A stretch of 64,000 nt of DNA from Candidatus Latescibacterota bacterium (GTDB taxonomy: Bacteria; Latescibacterota; UBA2968; UBA8231), in the NCBI GenBank assembly GCA_965204725.1, contig OZ242005.1:2336001-2400000 (forward strand), in the 5' to 3' direction. Under the pieces are notes generated by a model that saw only the letters and a list, made by a program, of their open reading frames with translations, was not told where the DNA came from and did not search any database. The translations under genes were made by a program, and so were the position numbers. Every line of letters starts with the position of its first letter. Position 1 is the first letter of the stretch. Of the stretch, positions 31,726 to 40,732 are shown in pieces.

Positions 31726-34498
31726 TAATCACCAGCCACGTCACAAGTTCAAAATCCGTCGTTTCGCCGATCTGCTCATCGCGTCGCGGCAAGACGCCGC
31801 TGCGACTAGACAAAAGGGTGTCAATAGCCCGTTTCTGGTAGGTGCTACTCAAAGACTGCACCGCTTTTTCGAGCAGCTCATTGTAGAACGTCATGTTAGC
31901 ACCGTCGTCCGTCTGTTTATCGAACAGGGCGCACAATTCCTCATGCGGATCTTTCACCCCCGCACACAACAGACGGCACAGCTCTAGTATCTGCTTGGGT
32001 TGGGCAAAAGTAAAGCGCACATCGCCTTTTTCCCGGACATAGACGAGAAAATAGGGATGCAGCGGGTTTATCTGCTCATTTTCCGCTGAATCGCCTTTCT
32101 GCCGGAGACAAAAAACAACGCCGGCAGTAATCATTGGATAATCCGCGTGCGGTGGAATAACAGCATACAGCCCCAAGGGCGCGTCTTCAAGGATTTGCCG
32201 ATTGCTCTCAATGTACTTCGTCAGTTCGACGCGGAAATCGTCGAGAGTAAATTCATTGAGCGCAATGCTCTCGCTGAAATCCTCAAGGTCCAATAGTTCG
32301 TCCTTCAACCGCAGCAATTGCTTGTCGCGGTAGGTAAGGTCCTTTGCGACCAGTTCCCGAATCTCTTCAGGCTCTAATAGATTGTCTCCCTGCGTGGCGG
32401 TTATATCAACCAACGCCATGCGCGCCTCAACGCGATTTCTCAGGTTGATATAGCGGTTGAGGTCGGGCGTGGGCCAGAAGTTGACGAGTTGAACTCGGTG
32501 ATTGATGCTACCGATGCGATCAATCCGCCCAAACCGTTGAATGATGCGCACTGGATTCCAGTGAATGTCGTAGTTAATCAAATAATCGCAATCTTGCAGA
32601 TTTTGCCCTTCGGATATGCAGTCGGTGCCGATTAGCAAGTCAATCGCCCCCTCCTGCGGCATGGATTGCATCTGGGCGCGTTGCTTGGCAACCGGCGAAA
32701 AGTTCGTCAGAATGTGACCGAAGTCGCGCTGGCCAAACGTCGTTTGATTCCCGGACGCGCCGCCCGATACCACGGCGAGGTGAATCCCCAAGTCTTGGGT
32801 GGCCCATAGACGCAGCGCGTCGTACAGATAGGCGGCAGTGTCGGCAAAATGGGTGAAGACCAATACCTTGCGATTCGGCTGGCCGCGCTGGTCCATGGTC
32901 GGATGTTTGACCTTTTCGGCAATGAGTTCCTTCAGTTTGGCGAGCTTGGCGTCGCGCTCGGGGGTGATGTCTTTGGCAAAAAGATACGGCAGTTCGAGTT
33001 GCTCGCGGTCGCGTTGCAAATCCGCCAGCCATTTCTCGCAATCGAGATGCGCCATGTTAAAGACCAGCTTTTTCCCCACCTGCATCGCTTCCTGCAACTC
33101 TTCATCCCCGAAATCTTCAACTGCGCCATCTTCCAAAACCAAATCAGGGTTGTCAGCGCGGAACGCCTGAAACCGCCGGATTCGTTCTTTGAGGGCCTCA
33201 ATTTTTTCAATGGTCCGCTCCATCGTAATGGCAAAGGAATGAACCGAACTTTCCAACCGCTTGAGGAAGTTCACCTTCATCATGCCGATTAGGTAGTGTT
33301 CCCGGTCGCTTTGCCTAAAGTTTTTAATCGGCTGCCCGTCGTATTCTGCACGGTATTGGGGGAGGACGTATCTCGAAGGATTGAACAGGGAAAGCTGGTA
33401 CTTGGAGATTTCGTCGTTCAACTCGTCGTACGACATAAACCGCTTCGACGGGTCCTCTTGCAGCGCGTCAATATCCGCATAGACCGCCTGCGGCTGACCG
33501 CGCTCGGGGAATCCACCCAGTTCCGCCAGCGAGTCCGGGTAGTATTGCTCAATGTGCTTGCGGGAACGGGCAATGGTCAACTCGTCGAGCAGCTTAAAAA
33601 AAGTGGAACTGAGCCGTTCCAAGAGATCGCGGGTGTGGCGAGCACCGGGCCGCTTGGCCCAGTCCGTAAAGGTGCGTTGGGCGGCTGCTAATGTCTCTTG
33701 CAGGCTGGCCACGCCGAGCGATTCGCGGAAAGAGTCATCTCGGCCTTCGGTCAAAAAATAGAGCTGGTTGCGTAGATCTTTCAGGTCGTTGTTCACCGGC
33801 GTAGCGGAAAGCAACAAGACCTTGGTCTTAACGCCGCGCTGAACAATATCCTCCATCAAACGCTGATAGCGGCTCTTGCGAATCAGCTTGCCGTCCTCGT
33901 CCCGCTTACCGGGGGTGTTGTTGCGGAAGTTGTGCGATTCGTCAATAACCACCAAATCGAAATTGTCCCAGTGGATGGTCGCCAGATCGAGATCGCCCGA
34001 CCGGCCGCGGTCGCGGCTCAGATCGGTGTGGGCTAGCACCGTGTAGCTAAAGCGATCTTTGAGAAACGGATTGAGCGCACTGTTGTTCTGCGCTTGATAC
34101 ATCGTCCAGTTGTCGCGCAGCTTCTTGGGACACAAGACGAGAACTCGGGCATTGAGCAATTGAAAGTATTTGATCACCGCGAGGGCCTCAAAGGTCTTGC
34201 CCAAGCCCACGCTATCGGCGATGATGCAGCCATTGTGTTGCCGTATTTTGTTGATCGCGTTCTTCGCGCCATCCCGCTGAAATTCAAACAGGGCCTTCCA
34301 TATCTCCGTATCGACGAGTTGCTGAGGCCCAGTGAGCAGGCCGCTGGCTTCCTGCTCCGCCAAAAACCGCTCAAAGAGGTGAAACAGGGTTTTGTAGTAG
34401 ATAAATTCCGGCGCGTGATTCTGAATGTTGTTGCCCGCCGGACTCAGGCCCAAGCCGCGCACCGTAAAATTGGAACTGCCCAAAATAGCCTCTTCCAC
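31721..34498 (-). CDS. SNF2-like SF2 helicase, R-M partner, with truncated PLD nuclease domain
   Basis: IADSVGLGKT, VIDESHNFRN, LLSATP, SEGQNLQD, QRFGRIDRIG; the N-terminal GSSNFT is only the second half of a PLD motif. Confidence 0.8.
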   Translation of the reverse strand: MEEAILGSSNFTVRGLGLSPAGNNIQNHAPEFIYYKTLFHLFERFLAEQEASGLLTGPQQLVDTEIWKALFEFQRDGAKNAINKIRQHNGCIIADSVGLGKTFEALAVIKYFQLLNARVLVLCPKKLRDNWTMYQAQNNSALNPFLKDRFSYTVLAHTDLSRDRGRSGDLDLATIHWDNFDLVVIDESHNFRNNTPGKRDEDGKLIRKSRYQRLMEDIVQRGVKTKVLLLSATPVNNDLKDLRNQLYFLTEGRDDSFRESLGVASLQETLAAAQRTFTDWAKRPGARHTRDLLERLSSTFFKLLDELTIARSRKHIEQYYPDSLAELGGFPERGQPQAVYADIDALQEDPSKRFMSYDELNDEISKYQLSLFNPSRYVLPQYRAEYDGQPIKNFRQSDREHYLIGMMKVNFLKRLESSVHSFAITMERTIEKIEALKERIRRFQAFRADNPDLVLEDGAVEDFGDEELQEAMQVGKKLVFNMAHLDCEKWLADLQRDREQLELPYLFAKDITPERDAKLAKLKELIAEKVKHPTMDQRGQPNRKVLVFTHFADTAAYLYDALRLWATQDLGIHLAVVSGGASGNQTTFGQRDFGHILTNFSPVAKQRAQMQSMPQEGAIDLLIGTDCISEGQNLQDCDYLINYDIHWNPVRIIQRFGRIDRIGSINHRVQLVNFWPTPDLNRYINLRNRVEARMALVDITATQGDNLLEPEEIRELVAKDLTYRDKQLLRLKDELLDLEDFSESIALNEFTLDDFRVELTKYIESNRQILEDAPLGLYAVIPPHADYPMITAGVVFCLRQKGDSAENEQINPLHPYFLVYVREKGDVRFTFAQPKQILELCRLLCAGVKDPHEELCALFDKQTDDGANMTFYNELLEKAVQSLSSTYQKRAIDTLLSSRSGVLPRRDEQIGETTDFELVTWLVIK

Positions 34499-34513
34499 GC
34501 CGTTGCGGGCGGG

Positions 34514-35044
34514 CTAGTCTCCGGCATGGTGCAGGGCCTTTTGATACAGGCCGACGCTGTAAAATTCATAGGCCGCCGCCTTGTCCGGGAAATCAACCAC
34601 GTGTACCGTGAAGCGGGCCGGCACCCCGGCGTCGGGCATACAGTCGCGGAAAAAATGGCTGTACGCTTGGGCGTACTCTTGGTAGAGCCGCTGTTGCTCC
34701 TCGTGAAAGCACTGCGGATCGGTCAGGGGGTTCACGTCCTTGGGCTGCGCGCCAAAGGCGTGTACTTCGATGAAATCTATCTGGGCAATGGAGTCGCAAA
34801 TCTCGGCTTCCCGCAGCCACTGCTCCCAACAGCGGAAGACCAATTCGACCTCGACAGCCGGCGTCATCCGCACCAACTCGTCGCGCCCGAGGATCCCCTG
34901 CGCCGAATGCCCGCCGGTCAAGCCCGCGAAGTAAATCTTCAGGTCGCCGTTGTCCAGCACCTCGGTCACCAAGGCCGATAAGGTAGGGTGATCCCCATGG
35001 TAGTAATAGGTCAATCGGCCGCGTTGCTTGATGTTAAACGCCAT
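34514..35044 (-). CDS. Hypothetical protein (176 aa)
   Basis: AAGGA SD before MAFNIKQRGRL; host-like codon usage; family not recognised. Confidence 0.6.
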   Translation of the reverse strand: MAFNIKQRGRLTYYYHGDHPTLSALVTEVLDNGDLKIYFAGLTGGHSAQGILGRDELVRMTPAVEVELVFRCWEQWLREAEICDSIAQIDFIEVHAFGAQPKDVNPLTDPQCFHEEQQRLYQEYAQAYSHFFRDCMPDAGVPARFTVHVVDFPDKAAAYEFYSVGLYQKALHHAGD

Positions 35045-35064
35045 CGTATTCCTTTCATTTTGCG

Positions 35065-37929
35065 TTAGAGTGCTTCGACGAAAATCTCGGCCCAATGCCG
35101 CGCTTGACGCCCGGTAAAATCGGCGATCTGGTGGCGGCACGAAGTACCGACCGCCGCGATCTCCACCTCCTCGGCTGCATCCTCCAGCACGGCAAAGAGC
35201 CGCTCCTGCCCCACGGCGCGCGATATTTCAAAGTGTTCCTTTTCGTAGCCAAAGCTACCGGCCATGCCACAGCAACCCGACGGGATTTCCTCGGCGCGAA
35301 AGCCGGGTGGCATGTTGAGCACGGCCAGGGTCGCGGCCGTTCCCGTCAGAGCCTTTTGATGGCAGTGCCCATGCACCAAAATATGGCGGGCTGTCTGGTT
35401 GAACTCCAAATCAAGCGGGGCCGCGCCCACGAGAAAATCTTCTAGCAGGACGATCTGCTCGGCCACGCGCCGACCTTGTGGATCGTCGACCAAGTCTAGG
35501 TAATCGTCGCTGAGGGCCGACGTGCAGCTCGGCTCCAGCCCGATGATCGGCACCCCTTGCTCGGCCCACGGCGCGAGCACCTCTATATTGCGCTGGGCCA
35601 AGGCGCGGGCGCGCTCGAGAAAGCCCTTGGATATGAGCGGTCGGCCACAACAGACTTTGCCCTCGGCCAAGACGACTTCGTACCCGGCGCGCTCCAAGAT
35701 GCGCGTCGCCGCCCGGCCAATGGCCGGCTCGTTGTACTCGACGAAGGTGTCGTTGAAGAGCACGACGCGGCCCTTGGTGCCGCGGACCGGCTGGCGGCCG
35801 GCAAACCAGCGCGAAAACGGCTGGCGAGCAAAGGCCGGTAGCCGCCGCCGGCGGTCGATGCCCAACAACGCATCCAACAGCCAGCGATTGAACCCACTAC
35901 GACCCAGCCAATTCGACAGGGGCGCCAACGCCGATCCCAAGCGGCTGATGCGGGCTATGTTGGCAAAGAGCCGCGACCGCAACGGATACCCGTGCTGGCG
36001 GTGGTAGTGGGCGAGAAACTCGTACTTGAGCTTGGCCATATCCACGCTCGACGGGCACTCGGCCTTGCAGGCTTTGCACTCCAAGCAGAGGTCCATCACG
36101 CGGTGGACGGCTTGGCTGTGCAGGCCATCGGGCAACGTGCCGGCGAGCGCGGCGCGCAGGGCATTGGCGCGGCCGCGAGTGGTGTGCTCCTCGTCCAAGG
36201 TCGCCATGTACGAAGGGCACATGGTGCCGACCAGCTTTTTGCGGCAGTGGCCCACCCCAGAGCACATTTCAACGGCCTCCTGAAAGCCGCCCGCCTCGCT
36301 AAAGCTGAAAAACGTCTCTAGCGGGGCCGTCGGATAGCCCTCGGGGTAGCGCAGGTGCTCGTCCATCCGCGGGGGGCGGGTGATCTTGCCGGGATTCATG
36401 ATCCCCTGTGGATCAAAGGCGTCCTTCACCTCGGCAAAAGCCGCGACCAACTCCGGGCTGAACATCTTGGCGATCCACTCGCTGCGGGCCAAGCCATCGC
36501 CGTGCTCGCCCGACACAGTGCCCCCGTATTCGCGCACCATGTCGCTCACGCGCTCCTCAATCTGGCGCAAAAGCCTTATGCCCTCGGGGTCTTTGAGGCT
36601 GAAGATCGGGCGGATGTGCAACAGGCCGACGCTCGCGTGCCCATAGTATTCGGCCTCAATCCCCAATTCCTCCATCAGCGCGACCACTCGGCGGACGTAG
36701 TCGGGCAGTTTAGCGACCGGGACGCAGGTATCCTCTACCCCGGGCTGGGGCTTGGGATCGCCCTTCATGCCCATCAAAAGCCCCAACCCGGCCTTGCGCA
36801 GCCCCCAGATGGCCTGCTGATCTCCGGCATCTACGGCCCGTGCAAACGCATAGCCCATCCGGCGCGCGCGCAATCGCTCCTCCAGTTCGTCCAGCTTGCG
36901 GTTTAGCTCGGCCTTGGAGTCTGCATAGTATTCAACGATGAGCAGGGCGGCCGGATCGCCGGTGAGTAAGCGGCGACTCGGGGCGTGTTCGAGCGAGCCT
37001 TGCGTCTGGTCGAGCAGAATTTTGTCAATCAGCTCGCTCGCCACGGGCGAGGTCTCCAACGCGGTCAGGTTGGCCTCCAGCGACTCGACCAAGTCGTGAA
37101 AGTGGACGGCCACCAAGCCCTTGTGAGCGGGTAGCTCGACCAAGTTTAACCGCGCTTCGACGACCGCACAGAGCGTGCCCTCCGAGCCGACGACCAGCTT
37201 GCTCAGGTCAAAGGGAGCATCGCCGACGAACTCGTCGAGATTGTAGCCTGAAACGCGGCGCATCACCGCGGGAAATCCCGTGCGAATCGGTGCTTGGCGC
37301 GCCCGGACGATGCGGCGCACTTCGCGGTAAATGCGGCCTTCGAGGCCGTCCAAGCGCACTCGGCGTTCACTCTCCGCGTCGTCCAGCGGCCCGAACACCG
37401 CTTGCGAGCCGTCGGCTAACACCACCTTTAGCTCCTGTACGTGGTCGATGGTCTTGCCGTATATGATGGAGTGCGCCCCACAGGAATTGTTGCCGATCAT
37501 GCCGCCGATATTGGCCCTACTGCTCGTGGATACATCGGGCGCGAACATCAGGCCGTAGGGCTGCAAAAAGGCATTGAGTTCATCGAGCACCAAGCCCGGC
37601 TGAACCCGAACCCAGCGCTCGTCCGGGTCGAACTCCAAGATCCGATTCATGTATTTGGAAAAATCGACATGGACCGCCGCGGCCACCGACTGGCCGGCCA
37701 AACTCGTGCCGCCGCCGCGGGGCAAGACGGCCGCTTGCTGCTCAGCGGCAATTTTTACGGTAGCAACGACATCGGCCTCGTCTTTGGGCACGACTAAGCC
37801 GAGGGGCTCCATCTCGTAGATGCTGGCGTCGGTGCGGTAGAGCATGCGCGAGACCGCGTCAAAGCGCACTTCGCCTTGGATGGCCTGTTGCAAGGCCATC
37901 GCCAATGTATCTCTATTCATTTTAGGCAT
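35065..37929 (-). CDS. FAD-linked oxidase fused to 4Fe-4S/CCG domains (GlcD/GlcF-like dehydrogenase)
   Basis: PRGGGTSLAGQ, GSEGTL, SGEHGDG, CLECKACKAECP, CCGRP, HGHCH, GCCGMAGSFG. Confidence 0.9.
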   Translation of the reverse strand: MPKMNRDTLAMALQQAIQGEVRFDAVSRMLYRTDASIYEMEPLGLVVPKDEADVVATVKIAAEQQAAVLPRGGGTSLAGQSVAAAVHVDFSKYMNRILEFDPDERWVRVQPGLVLDELNAFLQPYGLMFAPDVSTSSRANIGGMIGNNSCGAHSIIYGKTIDHVQELKVVLADGSQAVFGPLDDAESERRVRLDGLEGRIYREVRRIVRARQAPIRTGFPAVMRRVSGYNLDEFVGDAPFDLSKLVVGSEGTLCAVVEARLNLVELPAHKGLVAVHFHDLVESLEANLTALETSPVASELIDKILLDQTQGSLEHAPSRRLLTGDPAALLIVEYYADSKAELNRKLDELEERLRARRMGYAFARAVDAGDQQAIWGLRKAGLGLLMGMKGDPKPQPGVEDTCVPVAKLPDYVRRVVALMEELGIEAEYYGHASVGLLHIRPIFSLKDPEGIRLLRQIEERVSDMVREYGGTVSGEHGDGLARSEWIAKMFSPELVAAFAEVKDAFDPQGIMNPGKITRPPRMDEHLRYPEGYPTAPLETFFSFSEAGGFQEAVEMCSGVGHCRKKLVGTMCPSYMATLDEEHTTRGRANALRAALAGTLPDGLHSQAVHRVMDLCLECKACKAECPSSVDMAKLKYEFLAHYHRQHGYPLRSRLFANIARISRLGSALAPLSNWLGRSGFNRWLLDALLGIDRRRRLPAFARQPFSRWFAGRQPVRGTKGRVVLFNDTFVEYNEPAIGRAATRILERAGYEVVLAEGKVCCGRPLISKGFLERARALAQRNIEVLAPWAEQGVPIIGLEPSCTSALSDDYLDLVDDPQGRRVAEQIVLLEDFLVGAAPLDLEFNQTARHILVHGHCHQKALTGTAATLAVLNMPPGFRAEEIPSGCCGMAGSFGYEKEHFEISRAVGQERLFAVLEDAAEEVEIAAVGTSCRHQIADFTGRQARHWAEIFVEAL

Positions 37930-38065
37930 TGATCGGTTGGGGACGCCTGCTCCACTCGGCAGCGGGCTTGGCAGGGACACCGCAATAGTAAGAAGGCGCT
38001 CTACGGGCCGTCAATTCTGCACGGGCCGCACTCTTCACCTTTTATAAAAAAATATCAATATGTAG

Positions 38066-38094
38066 TTGACAAACATTTTTGACCCCAATAGATT
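38066..38094 (+). promoter_or_regulatory. sigma70-type promoter upstream of zapA
   Basis: TTGACA-17 nt-TAGATT preceded by an AT-rich UP-like tract. Confidence 0.6.
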
Positions 38095-38189
38095 GATTAC
38101 TCGCCACGTGGTTAGCGCGCAAAAAGGGACTTCCGGGACAAGGGGAGATCGCGGAAGTCCCTACTTTTTTCTTTATCCCCCAAAATCTC

Positions 38190-38519
38190 ATGTCGCAAGC
38201 CCAGCCAGTCGCTGTCCGCATCTACAATCAGACCTATCACCTCGTCAACAACGAGGGCCAAGACCCCGAGTACATCCGGCTCGCCGCAGCCTATCTCGAC
38301 GAGAAGATGCAGCAGATCGGCACTACGATTGGGCACCGCGGCCCGCTCGATGTTGCCATCTTAGCCGCGCTCAACATCGCCGAAGAAGTGCTCCGCGCTC
38401 GCCAGCACAAGGACGCGCTGATCAACCGAGCCGATGCCCGCATCGACTCCTTCACCCAGTTGCTGTCCGACAATCCCACCCCCACAGAAAGCCCCCCGGC
38501 CGAAACCAAGCGGTTCTGA
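38190..38519 (+). CDS. zapA: Cell division protein ZapA
   Basis: VRIYNQTYHL...YIRLAAAYLDEKMQQI...AILAALNIAEE. Confidence 0.88.
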   Translation: MSQAQPVAVRIYNQTYHLVNNEGQDPEYIRLAAAYLDEKMQQIGTTIGHRGPLDVAILAALNIAEEVLRARQHKDALINRADARIDSFTQLLSDNPTPTESPPAETKRF

Positions 38520-38579
38520 TTCGCCGCTGCCAGTCCGTCAGCCGTTTCGAGAAGGCTCCCAAAGAGACACGACTGAGGC

Positions 38580-38779
38580 GTCCTTCCCGCTTTCGCGGGA
38601 ATCCAGACTCTACGACCGCATTCGCCCGGACGGCTACCACGTCCTTCCCGCGAAAGAACGTCACCCCGTGCCCCAACACGGGGCGGGAATCCAGAAGCGC
38701 GACGGTTCGATGTCCGACGATTGGACCGTCATTCCCGCGCACGTGGGAATCCAGACTTGAAGGATGTAGGACTGCTATA
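38580..38779 (+). repeat. Cluster of three same-orientation REP-like palindromes plus MITE right end
   Basis: Copies at 38580-38606, 38641-38694 (with inserted hairpin) and 38728-38754, then ACTTGAAGGATGTAGGACTGCTATA. Confidence 0.8.
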
Positions 38780-38806
38780 TATCTCCCGCATGAACGGGGC
38801 GAATGC

Positions 38807-40584
38807 CTATCGGCTCAGAAAACGGACCAGTCCTCCATCAAGCAATAGCGCGAGACGTCGATCCGGCATTTGCGCGAGATCCCGGATCCGGTTGCCCACC
38901 TCAATCCGCTCGACATCCGGTTGCCCACCTCAATCCGCTCGACGTATTGCACGTCCGTGCCGTCGCGCCGAACTCGAAAGAGCGCGTAGCCGCTCCCCTG
39001 TGTACCGGAAAGTGAACCAATCAGCAGGTCATCTCTCCACAGCGGAAACAAGCACTCGTCATTGACGATGACGCTGGAGATGCCGATGGACGGAACCCAA
39101 GCGAAAACGGGCTTTGCAAAGCCATCGTGTAGCCCCACCGCTTCGGCGCGGGGCACATTAACCCGACTTCCATACCCGACGCCATAGGAGACCCGAGGCC
39201 AACCGTAATTGCCGCCTGCGACCAGCACGTTGAGTTCGTCGCCGCCTTGCGGTCCGTGATCGGTTCCCCACAAGCGACCGGCCGCATCCCGGGCGAGCCC
39301 CTGCGAATTGCGGAGGCCCAAGGCCAGCACCTCCGCCCGGCCGGTTTCGATTTCAACGCGGACGAGCTTACCCAAGTGCGAGGCCGGGTCTTGAGCGGCC
39401 TCATTTACCAGATGCGGTCCCGGTACGACCAACAAGTGGTCGGGGCCGTCCGTCAACATCCGGCCCCCCGCTTGGACGGACGCGGTTTTCAGGCACGGCT
39501 CCGCATCATATATCGTTCTCCATTTCGGCGACACCGAAACGTCTGCGCCTCGGTGCCGAAGCGTCGTCGTGGACAGCCGGAACCGCAGGCACGCGCTGGT
39601 GAAATGGTGATGCGCCACAAATAGTTCATACCGCCCGGCCGAACGCCGTTTCAACAAAATGTCGGTCACTTGGAACCGGTTCAAGAGGATATTGTCTTTG
39701 TCCGGGTGGGCGAGGAGTCCGGCCTTATTCATCGGCACGTTCCCTTTGAGCGGCACCACCTCCCCGGTGGTCGGGCGTATCAGATTGAACCGTCCCCACG
39801 GCGTTACGACGAGCAAGTCGTTGCCCAACGGCGCGATGGCACCGCCGCGCACGTAGCTATTGGGTATATGATCCCATCGGTCTCGGAGATAGACCGTCGC
39901 CGGTTGCAGATCATACAAGTGCGTCGTCAGCACCCCGGCGGCTTCGACGATGCCCAACTCCGCTGTCGCAGAGTACGACACGCCCTCTTTGTCGTAGTCA
40001 ACCTGAACCGACAGGCGCTTCCCTTGCATGGCCGGCTCCACGAAATACCGCCAAGACGGTTCATATTGACGCTTGGGCAATACCTTGCAATCAAGCCCGT
40101 CCGCGCTACAAATAAACCAATGCCACGGCGACCTGTTCGTAAATGGACGCTGGCTGCCCAAAGCAACGACTATGAATTGTCCCATCACCAGGGACGAGTA
40201 GATGCGAATCGCATCAGCCGGATCCGCTTGCAGCACGGGGGCTGTCATCGAAACCGGGGCCGACCACTCGGATTGTCCGTGGGCACTGACAGCGGCCACC
40301 CGCACCTCGTACTGCATCCCGCTCATTGCCCACATCTTGATGGTATAGGGCGAGGAGGTCGCCGTGTATTCGCGCCATGTAGGGACGAGTTCGTTTTTTG
40401 GTCTGACGGCGATCGTGTAACTCGTCGCGTCGGGGATTGCGTCCCAAGCGACGGTCAGTCGTTTGTTGGCAGCACCAACGGCGACTTCGGTGGGCGTACC
40501 GAGCATAGGTGATTCGATGCGACGCGCTTCCACCTTGTCGGGGATTCTTTTGACGTACATGCAGCCAGCGGGAGCCAACGCCAT
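38807..40584 (-). pseudogene. FN3 plus PQQ-dependent (GSDH-like) sugar dehydrogenase, frameshifted near the C-terminus; 5' end uncertain
   Basis: FN3 (LTVAWD...YEVRVAAV..GQSEWS); GLRNSQG, DHGPQGGDELN, GGNYGWP; 29-bp tandem duplication at 38886-38943. Confidence 0.75.
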
Positions 40585-40732
40585 GAGCAAAAGAGCAAGC
40601 AGCGAGACACCGCAAGACTCAGAAAATCGGTCAAGAAGCGTGACGCCAGATCGCTCAAGGGCAGGGCGACCGCGAGGGGCGCGGTGGCGGCCAGTGCCAA
40701 TAGCCGCGACCGGAGTGGTGTAAATCAACTGG

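Noticed and set aside
26725-34498. DISARM or BREX assignment for the helicase + methylase pair
   Set aside because: No DrmA/DrmB (DUF1998), PglZ or BrxC genes are present; it is better described as a helicase-associated Type IIG-like R-M locus.
38580-38754. Three same-orientation ~27-nt palindromic repeats with 33-34 nt spacers, resembling a mini-CRISPR
   Set aside because: The copies differ from each other, one has an insertion, the same motif is dispersed singly or as inverted pairs elsewhere, and there are no cas genes. This fits REP-type repeats.
38520-38800. Possible 6S RNA downstream of zapA
   Set aside because: The region is explained by REP/MITE sequence and no long 6S-like rod with a central bubble was evident. 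An Rfam scan would settle it.
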